A stretch of DNA of 58,780 nucleotides from Chromatiales bacterium (GTDB lineage Bacteria > Pseudomonadota > Gammaproteobacteria > JACCXJ01): contig JBIMKD010000236.1 in NCBI GenBank assembly GCA_043673815.1, forward strand, positions 1 through 58,780, in the 5' to 3' direction. How positions within the stretch are numbered: the first letter of the stretch is position 1; each line of letters opens with the position of its first letter. The position numbers and the translations under genes were made by a program. The notes under the pieces were generated by a model. That model saw only the letters and a program-made list of their open reading frames with translations, searched no databases and was not told the DNA's origin. Positions 28,881 to 38,281 of the stretch are shown here, one piece after another.

Positions 28881-29531
28881 CTAAGCGGCGGCATCCGGCT
28901 GAGCCTCGGGTGCGGCCTGGCAAAACTCCGGCAAACGCGAGCAGTGGCAGTCGATGGCCTGAAGCCTGGGATAGGCGCTTAGATCGCATTCGAGGCGCCG
29001 CGCGTTGTACATCTGCGGAACGAGGCAAAGATCCGCCAAGGTCGCGGTGTCGCCAAAGCAAAAGCGCCCCGCACTAGAGCGACGCCCAAGCTGGCGCTCG
29101 AATGCAGCGAAGCCCTCCGCGATCCAGTGCCGGTACCACCCGCGGCAGGCTTCCTCCCCCTGCCCGAGGAAATTTTTGAGATAATTGAGCACCCGCAGAT
29201 TATTCAGAGGGTGAACGTCGCAAGCGATAAGTTGCGCCAGACCGCGGACATAGGCGCGGTCTTGGGCGCCGGCCGGCAGCAGCGGCGGTTCGGGACAGAC
29301 CTCATCGAGGTACTCGATGATGGCGAGCGACTGGGTCAGCACCACACCGTCCGCGACCAGCACCGGAACGAACCCTTGCGGATTGATCTCTCGGTAATCC
29401 GGCTCACGCGCGCCGTCTTGGAGCAAGTGCACATACCGCGGCTCGTAGGCGAGCCGCTTTAAGTGCAGCGCGATGCGCACCCGATATGCCGCCGAACTGC
29501 GGAAATAGGTGTAGAGCGTCAGCGTCTGCAA
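28881..29531 (-). CDS. maiA: Maleylacetoacetate isomerase (GST zeta)
   Basis: LTLYTYFRSSAAYRVRIALHLK...INPQGFVPVL...QSLAIIEYLDE is a zeta-class GST. Probable TTG start at 29531. The upstream part of ORF 28881..29678 overlaps fahA and is rejected. Confidence 0.85.
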   Translation of the reverse strand: MQTLTLYTYFRSSAAYRVRIALHLKRLAYEPRYVHLLQDGAREPDYREINPQGFVPVLVADGVVLTQSLAIIEYLDEVCPEPPLLPAGAQDRAYVRGLAQLIACDVHPLNNLRVLNYLKNFLGQGEEACRGWYRHWIAEGFAAFERQLGRRSSAGRFCFGDTATLADLCLVPQMYNARRLECDLSAYPRLQAIDCHCSRLPEFCQAAPEAQPDAAA

Positions 29532-30502
29532 ACCCGAACCTCTTGCGCAATGGCACCAAAGATTGACCGGCCGTCGCGATCGAGCATTTCGATGCGGATC
29601 CGATCGCCGTTCCGCATGAAGGATGTCTCGATGCGTCCGCGGTTCACCGTCTCCAGCGCCCGCTGCTCGACAATGCACGAGAACCCCAGCGCCGGATCGG
29701 CATTGCTCACGGTCCCGGAACCGAGAACCGTGCCGGCCGGCAGGGGGCGCGTCCTGGCGGCGTGACTGATGAGCGCGGGGAAATCGAATTGCATGCCGGC
29801 GCCCGCATGCGGTTGTCCGAACGGCCGCTCGTTCCAGAGCGTTTGCAACGGCAAGTGCACCTTGGCGCCGTCCCAGGCCTCGCCTAGCTCGTCCGGCGTC
29901 ACGGCCACGGGTGAAAACGCAGGACCCGGTTTTCCGTGAAGAAAGCCGAACCCCTTAGCAAGCTCGGCGGGGATCAAATATCGCAGCGATATATCATTGA
30001 CCAGCATCAATAGGACAATATGAGCGCGCGCCTTCGCCGGGCTCACGCCACGCGGGACATCGCTGGTGATCAGCGCGATCTCCGCCTCGAAGTCAACGCC
30101 CCAGGTTTCTTCAGCCACCTCGATTGGATCGCGCGGGCCGATGAATCCCGCTGAATTGCCCTGATACATGAGCGGATCGGTGAACGCGTTGGCAGGCATA
30201 CCGGCCCCTCGGGCCTGGCGCACGCGTTCGACGTGGCTGAGGTAGGCGCTGCCGTCCAGCCATTGATAGGCCCGCGGCAAGGGCGCGGCGAGGGCGCTTA
30301 CATCCAGCGGAAACCCGCTTGGTGCACCGTGATTGAGATTCTGGTAGACCGCTTCCAGCTTTGGCGCTATCCCGGCCCAACGGTCTAGGGCGGCTTGCAA
30401 GCTCGGCGCGATCTCCGCTACCGCCGCTGCCTGGGTTAAATCGCGGCTCACGACGACGAGCGTGCCATCGCGGCCCCCCGCCTTGAGCGAAGCGAGTTTC
30501 AT
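29519..30502 (-). CDS. fahA: Fumarylacetoacetate hydrolase family protein (pathway fumarylacetoacetase)
   Basis: MKLASLKAGGRDGTLVVVSRDL... is an FAH-fold family N-terminus. Position between hmgA and maiA. Confidence 0.85.
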   Translation of the reverse strand: MKLASLKAGGRDGTLVVVSRDLTQAAAVAEIAPSLQAALDRWAGIAPKLEAVYQNLNHGAPSGFPLDVSALAAPLPRAYQWLDGSAYLSHVERVRQARGAGMPANAFTDPLMYQGNSAGFIGPRDPIEVAEETWGVDFEAEIALITSDVPRGVSPAKARAHIVLLMLVNDISLRYLIPAELAKGFGFLHGKPGPAFSPVAVTPDELGEAWDGAKVHLPLQTLWNERPFGQPHAGAGMQFDFPALISHAARTRPLPAGTVLGSGTVSNADPALGFSCIVEQRALETVNRGRIETSFMRNGDRIRIEMLDRDGRSIFGAIAQEVRVCRR

Positions 30503-31627
30503 TCAGCGCTCCCGCCACGAATCCACATAACCGGGCCATTCGACCGCCTCCGGAAGCGCGGCCACCTCGATCGCATCGCGCGCGTCGATCATGACCGCGA
30601 CCTCGTCGGTCTCTGTGCGGCGGTGGGCTTGTCCGGCCTGGAAAGCCTTCGGGTGGGGCCCGTGGGTGATGCCGCTCGGGTGCAAGGTCAGCATGCCCGG
30701 ATGGATGTTATCGCGGGAGAAAAACTGGCCCTGGTGATAAAAGATCACCTCGTCATAATCGTCGTTGTTGTGAAAGAACGGCACCCTCAACGCGCCGGGA
30801 TCGCTTTCTAAGGGCCGCGGGCAGAAGGTGCAGACGACGAAACGCTCGGCCAAAAACGTCGTGTGCGCCGAGGGCGGTAGGTGATAGCGATGGCTCATCA
30901 AGGGCCGGATGTCGCGCCAATTGATGCGCACGGGCATGAGGGTCCCGTGCCACCCCACCGCATCGAGCGGGTTGAAGGGATAGGTGATCCGGCTCACCGC
31001 GCCGCGGCGCTTCACGGCCACCCGCCATTCACGCTCGGAGCGCTGGGCGCGAAACGCCTCGTCCATAGTGGGTGTATCGAGCACGGCCGGATCGAACACC
31101 GCATGCCGGCCGGCGATCCCTTTATCGGGGAGACGGTAACTGGCGCCGGTCGCCTCGATCATCAACAGCGTCGCGGGCGCCTCGGTTTCCAGGCGCCATA
31201 AGGTGCCGCGAGGCAGCATGAGGTAATCTCCCTCGCGGACTGTGAGGTGTCCATAATCACAGTAAAGATCCCCGCTGCCCGCGTGGATGAACAGCAGCTC
31301 ATCGCCATCGGCATTACGCGCAAGACTGTCCATCGACCCTTGCAGACGCCAGATCCGGAGATCCAGGAATGCGTTGGACAATAGCCGCACCGCCTCCCAC
31401 GGCATCGGCGTAAACCCAACTAGTTTTGCCGTATCGAAGGCGCGTGGCCGGAGCGGGCCTTCCACCTCGGTCCAGCCGGTCGGCGGATGGCGGTGGTACA
31501 TTTGCGTCGAGGGACCGTAAAAGCCTTCTTTGCCGAGCTCCCGTTCGTAGGTATCTGCGGGCAGATCCGCGTGCGCTTGACGCGAGGACTCCCCTTCGCT
31601 CTTGGGTAATGCGATCCACTCGGCCAT
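30503..31627 (-). CDS. hmgA: Homogentisate 1,2-dioxygenase (short form)
   Basis: NADGDELLFI, PRGTLWR and PFFHNNDDYDEV...HPSGITHGPHP correspond to HGD signature regions. ATGA overlap with the hpd stop. Confidence 0.85.
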   Translation of the reverse strand: MAEWIALPKSEGESSRQAHADLPADTYERELGKEGFYGPSTQMYHRHPPTGWTEVEGPLRPRAFDTAKLVGFTPMPWEAVRLLSNAFLDLRIWRLQGSMDSLARNADGDELLFIHAGSGDLYCDYGHLTVREGDYLMLPRGTLWRLETEAPATLLMIEATGASYRLPDKGIAGRHAVFDPAVLDTPTMDEAFRAQRSEREWRVAVKRRGAVSRITYPFNPLDAVGWHGTLMPVRINWRDIRPLMSHRYHLPPSAHTTFLAERFVVCTFCPRPLESDPGALRVPFFHNNDDYDEVIFYHQGQFFSRDNIHPGMLTLHPSGITHGPHPKAFQAGQAHRRTETDEVAVMIDARDAIEVAALPEAVEWPGYVDSWRER

Positions 31628-32706
31628 CAGATCACCCCGCGCTGCATCTGTTCGCGTTCGATGGCCTCGAACAAAGCCTGGAAGTTGCCTTCGCCAAAGC
31701 CTTCGTTACCCTTGCGCTGTATGACCTCGAAGAAGATGGGGCCGATCACCGTCTCGGTGAAGATCTGCAACAATAACCCGCCCTCCTGTTGACGGGTCGC
31801 GCCGTCGATGAGGATGCGATCGCGCCGCAAGCGATCGAGATCCTCGCCGTGCCCGGGCACACGCCCGTCAACGGCATCATAGTACGTCTCCGGCACGTCC
31901 AGGAACTTTACGCCGCGCTCGCGCAAAGACTCAACGGTGGTATAGATATCCTGCGTCGCGAGCGCGATGTGTTGGATACCCTCACCGCCATAAGCCTGGA
32001 GGTATTCCTGGATCTGCGAATGACGATCCGAGGGCTCGTTGATGGGGATGCGGATCTTCCCGCCGGGGCTCGCCATCGCGCGTGACTTCAGTCCCGTCTT
32101 TTGCCCTTGAATATCGAAATAGCGGATCTCGCTGAAATCGAAGAGCCGCTCGTAGAAGCTCGCCCACTCGTCCATCCGGCCCTTGCGTACGTTGTGCGTC
32201 AGATGGTCGACATAGGTTAAACCCACGCCGTCAACCCGTGCCGACGTTGTGAGCGGTAGAAAATCGACGTCGTAGATCGAGCGTTCTCCGTAGCGATCGA
32301 TGAGATAGATGAGGCTCCGGCCGATGCCTTGGATGGCGGGGATATTGAGCTCCATCGGGCCCACCGGACCGCGATAGGGCTTGGCGCCGAGCCCGAGCGC
32401 CCGCTTATACGCCGAAGCCGAGTCTTGCACGCGCATGGCGAAGGCACACACCGAAGCGCCATGCTTGCGGGCGAAGGCCTGGGCGAAACTGTTCGGCTCA
32501 TGATTGATAATGAAATTGATATCGCCTTGGCGATAGAGTGTCACATGTTTCGAGCGATGCCGCGCCACGGCGGCGAACCCGAGCTTCACAAACAGTCGTT
32601 CCAACGCTTGGGTATCGGGCGCGGTGTACTCGACGAATTCTATACCGGCGGCCGCCATCGGATCATCCGGGGGAGTCTGCATAGCCTTCGCCTCTTTAGC
32701 AAACAC
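31627..32706 (-). CDS. hpd: 4-hydroxyphenylpyruvate dioxygenase
   Basis: GIEFVEY..., VDHLTHNV, GIQHIALAT and the C-terminal EVIQRKG..GFGEGNFQALFEAIEREQ are classic HPPD motifs. An alternative ATG is at 32685. Confidence 0.93.
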   Translation of the reverse strand: MFAKEAKAMQTPPDDPMAAAGIEFVEYTAPDTQALERLFVKLGFAAVARHRSKHVTLYRQGDINFIINHEPNSFAQAFARKHGASVCAFAMRVQDSASAYKRALGLGAKPYRGPVGPMELNIPAIQGIGRSLIYLIDRYGERSIYDVDFLPLTTSARVDGVGLTYVDHLTHNVRKGRMDEWASFYERLFDFSEIRYFDIQGQKTGLKSRAMASPGGKIRIPINEPSDRHSQIQEYLQAYGGEGIQHIALATQDIYTTVESLRERGVKFLDVPETYYDAVDGRVPGHGEDLDRLRRDRILIDGATRQQEGGLLLQIFTETVIGPIFFEVIQRKGNEGFGEGNFQALFEAIEREQMQRGVI

Positions 32707-32908
32707 GGGCCGTGTCGGGATCTTTGACTGGCCCTGGGATTAAAGATTCCGAGCCGCGAGAGCGCCCTCGTGGAGCCCTCGCGCGGCTATAATATTAAAC
32801 GGAACCTTCGCGCTTTGCAGCGATCGAAGCGAAGGTAAGAGTCGCACCGCGTTCCGCGGCATAAAAACGCTGCACTCAATTAGCCCCCGGGCAACAAAGG
32901 AGGCGGTA

Positions 32909-33976
32909 GTGAAAGACGTCGCTAGCTTCCGTATTCACTATACACAGTTTCTGGATCCCGCCGGCGCCCCGGCCGGGTCTTTACCTGATTTCGCCCGCGA
33001 ACCCGCCGTGCTCATCGAGCTCTATCGCAGCATGGTGGCCGCGCGTCAGTTCGATAAAAAGGCGATCGCGATGCAGCGCACCGGGCAACTCGGCACCTAT
33101 GCCTCCTGTCTGGGGCAGGAGGCAATCGGCGCCGGTGTCGGGCATGCCATGCGACCCGAAGATGTGTTGTTACCCTCCTACCGGGATCAGGCCGCGCAGT
33201 TCCCGCGCGGCGTGCGCATGGCTGATATCCTGCTCTATTGGGGCGGCGATGAGCGCGGCATGGACTATGCCCATTGCCGGGAAGATTTTCCCATTTGCGT
33301 CCCGGTGGCGAGTCAATGCTGCCATGCGGCAGGCGTGGCCTATGCGTTCAAGTATCGCGACGAGGCGCGCGCGGCCGTGTGCATCGTCGGCGACGGCGGG
33401 ACCTCCAAGGGGGATTTCTACGAGGCTCTCAACGCCTCGGGGATTTGGCGCTTGCCGGTGGTGTTTGTGATCAACAATAATCAATGGGCCATCTCCGTCC
33501 CGCGCGCCGGGCAAACCGCGGCCGAAACCCTCGCGCAGAAGGCGATCGCGGCTGGGGTTGCGGGCGAGCAGGTCGACGGGAACGACGTAATCGCCGTGCG
33601 TTATGCGGTGGATCGGGCGCTGGAAAAGGCTCGCTGCGGGGACGGGGCCAGTCTCATCGAGGCGCTGAGCTATCGTATGGGCGACCATACTACCGCGGAC
33701 AATGCCGGCCGCTACCGCTCGACCGAGGAGGTCGAGCGCTACGGGCGGGCCGATCCGATCGCTCGTCTGCGTGCATATCTCCTGCGCGCCGCCGACTGGC
33801 GGGAGGAAGACGAAGCAAAGCTCGATAGCAGCGTCGCGGCCGACGTAGAGCAAGCGGTGCGCGATTACACCGCCATGCCTGTACCGAGCCCGGAAAGCAT
33901 GTTCGCGCATCTATACGCGGCCTTACCGCGCGCCTATCGCGCGCAGCGGGAGACGGCCGGTTGCGCCGGTAAATAG
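32909..33976 (+). CDS. Thiamine-diphosphate-dependent 2-oxoacid dehydrogenase E1 alpha subunit
   Basis: GTG start after AGGAGG. ...RQFDKKAIAMQRTGQLGTY..., GDGGTSKGDFYEALN (TPP GDG motif), NNQWAIS. Confidence 0.9.
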   Translation: MKDVASFRIHYTQFLDPAGAPAGSLPDFAREPAVLIELYRSMVAARQFDKKAIAMQRTGQLGTYASCLGQEAIGAGVGHAMRPEDVLLPSYRDQAAQFPRGVRMADILLYWGGDERGMDYAHCREDFPICVPVASQCCHAAGVAYAFKYRDEARAAVCIVGDGGTSKGDFYEALNASGIWRLPVVFVINNNQWAISVPRAGQTAAETLAQKAIAAGVAGEQVDGNDVIAVRYAVDRALEKARCGDGASLIEALSYRMGDHTTADNAGRYRSTEEVERYGRADPIARLRAYLLRAADWREEDEAKLDSSVAADVEQAVRDYTAMPVPSPESMFAHLYAALPRAYRAQRETAGCAGK

Positions 33977-33983
33977 GTGCGCC

Positions 33984-34964
33984 ATGCCCGAGCTTACACT
34001 CGTTGAAGCAGTCAATCTGGCGCTCGCCTATGAGCTGCAAGCGGACCGAAATGTCGTCGTCTTGGGCGAAGACGTCGGCGTCAACGGGGGCGTGTTCCGC
34101 GCTACCCTCGGTTTACAAGAGCGTTTCGGCAAGGCTCGGGTGGTGGATACCCCGCTGTCGGAGGCCCTGATCGCGGGCATGGCGATCGGCATGGCGGCGC
34201 AAGGCCTCAAGCCCGTCGCCGAGATTCAATTCTCGGGGTTTATCTATCCCTGTATCGATCAAATCCTGAACCACGCCGCGCGCCTGCGCACTCGCACCCG
34301 CGGGCGCTTGAGCTGCCCGTTGGTCCTGCGCGCACCGAACGGCGGCGGGATCCACGCCCCGGAGCACCATTCCGAGAGCGTGGAAGCCCTGTTCGCGCCT
34401 ATTCCGGGCCTGCGCGTCGTCGTGCCTTCGTCGCCCGGGCGCGCCTACGGACTTCTGCTCGCGGCAATCCGTGATCCCGACCCGGTGATCTTTCTCGAAC
34501 CCCCGCGCCTGTATCGCCTGTACCGCCAGGAGGTGGTGGACGACGGTGCGGCCTTGCCGCTCGACGTGTGTTATCTGTTGCGCGAGGGCACGGACATCAC
34601 GCTGGTGTCCTGGGGCGCGCTCGTCCAGGAGACGCTGCAGGCCGCCGACGCCCTCGCTCAGGAAGGCGTCGCGGCCGAAGTGATCGATGTCGCGACCTTG
34701 AAACCGCTCGACATCGAGACCATCCTGGAATCGGTCGCCAAGACCGGGCGTTGCGTCATCGTGCAGGAAGCGGCGCGCACCTGCGGGGTGAGCGCGGAGA
34801 TCGCCGCCCAACTCGCCGAACGGGGCTTGTTGTCCTTGCAGGCGCCGATCGAACGCGTGGCCGGCTACGACTGCGTCATGCCGCTCTACCGGCTGGAGTC
34901 CCATTACGTGCCGGATACCGAGCGCATCTTACAAGCCGCGCGCCGGAGCTTAGCGTTTGCTTAG
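33984..34964 (+). CDS. 2-oxoacid dehydrogenase E1 beta subunit
   Basis: LTLVEAVNLALAYEL...VLGEDVG..GGVFRAT...DTPLSE...QFSGF is a typical E1 beta N-terminus. 326 aa. Confidence 0.93.
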   Translation: MPELTLVEAVNLALAYELQADRNVVVLGEDVGVNGGVFRATLGLQERFGKARVVDTPLSEALIAGMAIGMAAQGLKPVAEIQFSGFIYPCIDQILNHAARLRTRTRGRLSCPLVLRAPNGGGIHAPEHHSESVEALFAPIPGLRVVVPSSPGRAYGLLLAAIRDPDPVIFLEPPRLYRLYRQEVVDDGAALPLDVCYLLREGTDITLVSWGALVQETLQAADALAQEGVAAEVIDVATLKPLDIETILESVAKTGRCVIVQEAARTCGVSAEIAAQLAERGLLSLQAPIERVAGYDCVMPLYRLESHYVPDTERILQAARRSLAFA

Positions 34965-35012
34965 GCGGGCCTTGCCCTCTAGGACCCCAATCGACTTGAA
35001 AATAAAACCCGA

Positions 35013-36437
35013 TCATTCCCGGTCGGCTGGTCCTGTGGCGCCTTCCTTGGTCAGCTTTCGCGGGTCGAACTCGACCTTGCCGACGAAGAGCCGGTTCAGG
35101 AACCACAGCACGATGCCGACGGCGACCAGGCCGATGGCGATGTAGTAGTCGTCGGCCGGCCGGCCGGACAGCACCGGGAGAGCAAGATACGCGCACAGCA
35201 CCGCGCCGAGCACCGGGGCCCACGTGGGCGCCCAGAAGTGCTTATGCCCGACCGTTTCCCGGCGAAGCACCAGGCAGGCGATATTGACCATGGTGAATAC
35301 GACGAGCAACAGCAGCGACGTCGTGCCGCCGAGCCTGGCCACGCCGTCGGCACCGGCGATGGAGATCAACGTGACGGCGATCGCGCTGGTCACCAGGATG
35401 GACACCCACGGCGTGCGGCGGAACGGGTGCACCGCGCCGAAGACCTTCGGCAGGATCCGCTCGTTCGCCATCCCGTAGAGCAGCCGGCTGGCCATCAACA
35501 TGTTGATCAACGCGGAGTTGACCACCGCGAGCAGCCCTATGGCGGCGAAGATGTCGAGGTTGAACCCCGGCGCCCCGACCTCGACCACTCTGAGCAGGGC
35601 ACCCGACTTGGCGGCCGCCAGGTCGCCGGCCGAGACCAGCAGCGAACAGGTGATCGCCACCAGGACGTAGATCAGACCGGCGCCGGCCATGCCGGAGAGC
35701 AACGAGCGCGGGAAGATCCTGGCCGGATCCTTCGTCTCCTCGGCCATGTTCACCGCGTCCTCGAACCCGACCATCGCGAAGAAGGCCAGCGAGGTGGCAG
35801 CGGTGACCGCCAGCAGCACTCCGGTGTCGGCCGGTGGGTTGATCTCGGTGAGCCGGCCCGGCTCGCCGGCACCAGTGCCGATGGCGTAGATCCCGATCCC
35901 GATGATGATCAGTAGCCCCGAGAGCTCGATCGTGGTGAGCACGAGGTTGGTCTTCACCGACTCCGAGACGCCGCGGAAGTTGATCAACGCGATGACAAGG
36001 ATGAACCCGATCGCGACCAACACGATCGGCGCGGCGGACCAGAACTGCCGAAGGTAGGCACTGCCGAACGCGAGCGACGCCGACGACGCCGAGGTGATGC
36101 CAGAGCACATCACGGCGAACGCGACCAGGAACGTGAGGAACGGGAGCCTGAAGGCGCGGTTGGTATAGAGCGCCGCCCCGGCCGCCCGCGGGTACTTCCC
36201 AACCAGTTCCAGGTAGCTGAACGCGGTCAGGAACGCCACGACGAACGCCCCGACGAACGGCACCCACAAAGCGCCGCCGATCCGGCTGGCGACGTTGCCG
36301 GTCAGGGCGTAGATCCCGGTGCCCAGGATGTCGCCGATCACGAAGAAGAAGAGCAACTTCGGGCCGATGGCCCGCTCGAGTTCGGGCTGGTGGCTCTCGG
36401 TCGGCGCGGTGCCCGGTGTGGTGGTATTGCTCGTCAT
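35013..36437 (-). CDS. APC-family amino acid permease
   Basis: 474 aa, 12-TM pattern. FFFVIGDILGTGIYALTG is the APC signature region. GC3 is extremely high (long shadow ORFs on both strands). Confidence 0.9.
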   Translation of the reverse strand: MTSNTTTPGTAPTESHQPELERAIGPKLLFFFVIGDILGTGIYALTGNVASRIGGALWVPFVGAFVVAFLTAFSYLELVGKYPRAAGAALYTNRAFRLPFLTFLVAFAVMCSGITSASSASLAFGSAYLRQFWSAAPIVLVAIGFILVIALINFRGVSESVKTNLVLTTIELSGLLIIIGIGIYAIGTGAGEPGRLTEINPPADTGVLLAVTAATSLAFFAMVGFEDAVNMAEETKDPARIFPRSLLSGMAGAGLIYVLVAITCSLLVSAGDLAAAKSGALLRVVEVGAPGFNLDIFAAIGLLAVVNSALINMLMASRLLYGMANERILPKVFGAVHPFRRTPWVSILVTSAIAVTLISIAGADGVARLGGTTSLLLLVVFTMVNIACLVLRRETVGHKHFWAPTWAPVLGAVLCAYLALPVLSGRPADDYYIAIGLVAVGIVLWFLNRLFVGKVEFDPRKLTKEGATGPADRE

Positions 36438-36562
36438 GGCTGATCAGTTTGCCGGCGCGGGTGTTCTCGCCTCGGAAATCCCCCTCGAACGCGGGGCCGC
36501 CTGAAACAAATGATACGGCAAGCTCTGGCCGATGATTTCGCCAAAGTTATGCTCGGTCTTGA

Positions 36563-36792
36563 TCTCTTTCTGGGCTACCTGCCGATGAAATCCCTGTCGC
36601 GCTCTTCTCCTTCAACGCCGGCATCGAGCTCGGGCAGATCCTGTTTGTCGGATTGGTGCTGGCCGGAAGGGCCGTGCTCCGCAGGCTTCCGGTGCCGTGG
36701 CGAAGGCCAGTGAGTTGATCCCCGCGTACGCGATCGGTTCGCTCGCGGCCCTGTGGATCTTCGAACGGGTCTACCTGATCGTTCGGGTATGA
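36563..36792 (+). pseudogene. HupE/UreJ-family membrane protein remnant (5'-truncated, one frameshift)
   Basis: Own translation: ...DEIPVALFSFNAGIELGQILFVGLVLAG...RRPVS* in one frame, then LIPAYAIGSLAALWIFERV...* in the -1 frame. The FN.G.ElGQ and Y.iGs.A.fW..ER patterns recall the HupE_UreJ C-termini. Confidence 0.45.
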
Positions 36793-36918
36793 AGGAGCGC
36801 GATCCGAATGGCGCTTACAGGATATCCGGCCAAAGCGATTCAAAGTCGTCGACCCAATGAATGTACGGTGGGCTCGGCATGCTGTTTATGCCGCAGCCCG
36901 CCCACACCTTTCCTCGTG

Positions 36919-37680
36919 CTACCGCGCAAGCCCGTTCTGGCGCATATAGCCCACGATCTCTTTGGCCAGATCGCCGCCGAGTTGCTGCACGTCGCGGCTG
37001 GTCGCCCCGCGCGATAGCACGAACTTGGCCGCGATCACATAGGGATTGCGAGTCACGATACCGCCCGGCATGTGATGCGTCCGGCTCTCGTCCCCGAAGG
37101 TCAGCACGGTTACCTCGGAGCCTTGTTGGATCGCGTCGATGGTGCCCGAGATCTCGACATGCGGCTCGCCGGCACCGAAGCCGACGACCGATTCCTTTAC
37201 CCGATTACCTTCGCTGAGCGCATCGATGCGGCCGCGCAAAACCCAGGCATCGGGCGGCACGGGCGCACTTTGGGCGATCCGCTGTGCCGCGACCCCTGCG
37301 CCGGTCAATCCCTTGACGATGCTCTGGCTCAGTTGGACCACGGCCTGACGCGCCTCGGTCTCGGGATCGCTGCTGTCGGTCTGCCGGATCAGTCCGGTTC
37401 GTTCGCGTAGCCGCGACAAGGGGCCGCCGCCCTGCATCACCCGTGAAGGCAGGTCGTTTGACGTCTGCACGATACCGGGGTCGCTGTCGAAATCGGCCAC
37501 GTAGATCGCGCTCGGTGCGGTCAACGAATGCGCCTGTGCCTGTTCCGGCGCGGGGGCGAGGGGGTGTATCACGGGTCGGTTCGAGCCCTCGACGCCCGAT
37601 GTACCACGATGGCGCACCGCCATGCATGAAGATAGTCCCAGCGCCACCAGCACCAGCGTGGCTATCACCTCTAGTTTCAT
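36919..37680 (-). CDS. Lipoprotein (DUF4410-like)
   Basis: Lipobox LGLSSC. 253 aa, no enzymatic motif seen. Confidence 0.65.
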   Translation of the reverse strand: MKLEVIATLVLVALGLSSCMAVRHRGTSGVEGSNRPVIHPLAPAPEQAQAHSLTAPSAIYVADFDSDPGIVQTSNDLPSRVMQGGGPLSRLRERTGLIRQTDSSDPETEARQAVVQLSQSIVKGLTGAGVAAQRIAQSAPVPPDAWVLRGRIDALSEGNRVKESVVGFGAGEPHVEISGTIDAIQQGSEVTVLTFGDESRTHHMPGGIVTRNPYVIAAKFVLSRGATSRDVQQLGGDLAKEIVGYMRQNGLAR

Positions 37681-38219
37681 AGCCTTCCCCCCTGAATGAG
37701 CATGGCTAGACTACTCGACAATGGCGGGAAGTGCGAGCGTGACCTCGAGGCTTTAGTCTGAATGAAGAGTACGCTACGCCGTGCCCGCCCGGCATCGGCG
37801 GCGATGACGAAGGGGGTGTGGCCGTACAACGTCGGCATCAGTGCGGGATCGGCCGCGACCAGCTTGGTCGATCCGGCCATCGGCCAGCGGGACTGTGACT
37901 GGTCTATCTCACTGCCTAGGTAAAGATCGATATCGCCCTTTAGCTGCGCGCTGGATTATACGAAGATAGTATAGACTTGTACTAACGGATTTCGGGGTGA
38001 AGGGATGACTGAATCTGGGCAGTCAACACCAAGTCCGTCGTGCTCGGCCCCGCGCAACGCGACGGGTATTGGCGCATGGGGCGGCACTTGCCCCAGGCCG
38101 TCGTAGCAAGCGAACTCGTCGCCCCGCTGTTTTTTAGCCTGCAATTCTTGTCATCCCGCTGCCCACAGATAGCTTGTAATAGGACCGGCGAATGCCGGAC
38201 AATCGGATCTGCGAGCGAG

Positions 38220-38251
38220 AGCCCGGTTTCGTCCGGGCTTTGCTTTTTTTT
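38220..38251 (+). terminator. Intrinsic-terminator-like hairpin 30 nt upstream of the argD start
   Basis: agcccgg-tttcgt-ccgggct followed by ttgctttttttt. No plus-strand CDS lies upstream for about 1.4 kb. Confidence 0.55.
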
Positions 38252-38281
38252 AACGTAAGTGAGTTGGGGAAAAGATACCGG

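Noticed and set aside
33170-34904. 246-aa and 263-aa minus-strand ORFs
   Set aside because: They are antisense to the E1 alpha and E1 beta genes.
35238-36267. 341-aa (minus strand, alternative frame) and 225-aa (plus strand) ORFs
   Set aside because: They are shadow ORFs inside the APC permease gene caused by extreme GC3. The translations are Arg/Gly/Asp-rich with no membrane or enzyme pattern.
37677-37880. 67-aa minus-strand ORF abutting the lipoprotein start, with a faint ankyrin-like segment (YGHTPFVIAADAGRA)
   Set aside because: It is too short and too weakly similar, has no RBS, and could be a gene fragment. It is not called as a feature.
38192-38281. 30-codon N-terminal extension of argD
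   Set aside because: It is translated through a terminator hairpin and T-run. ArgD homologues start near MEKPLMPSYRR.
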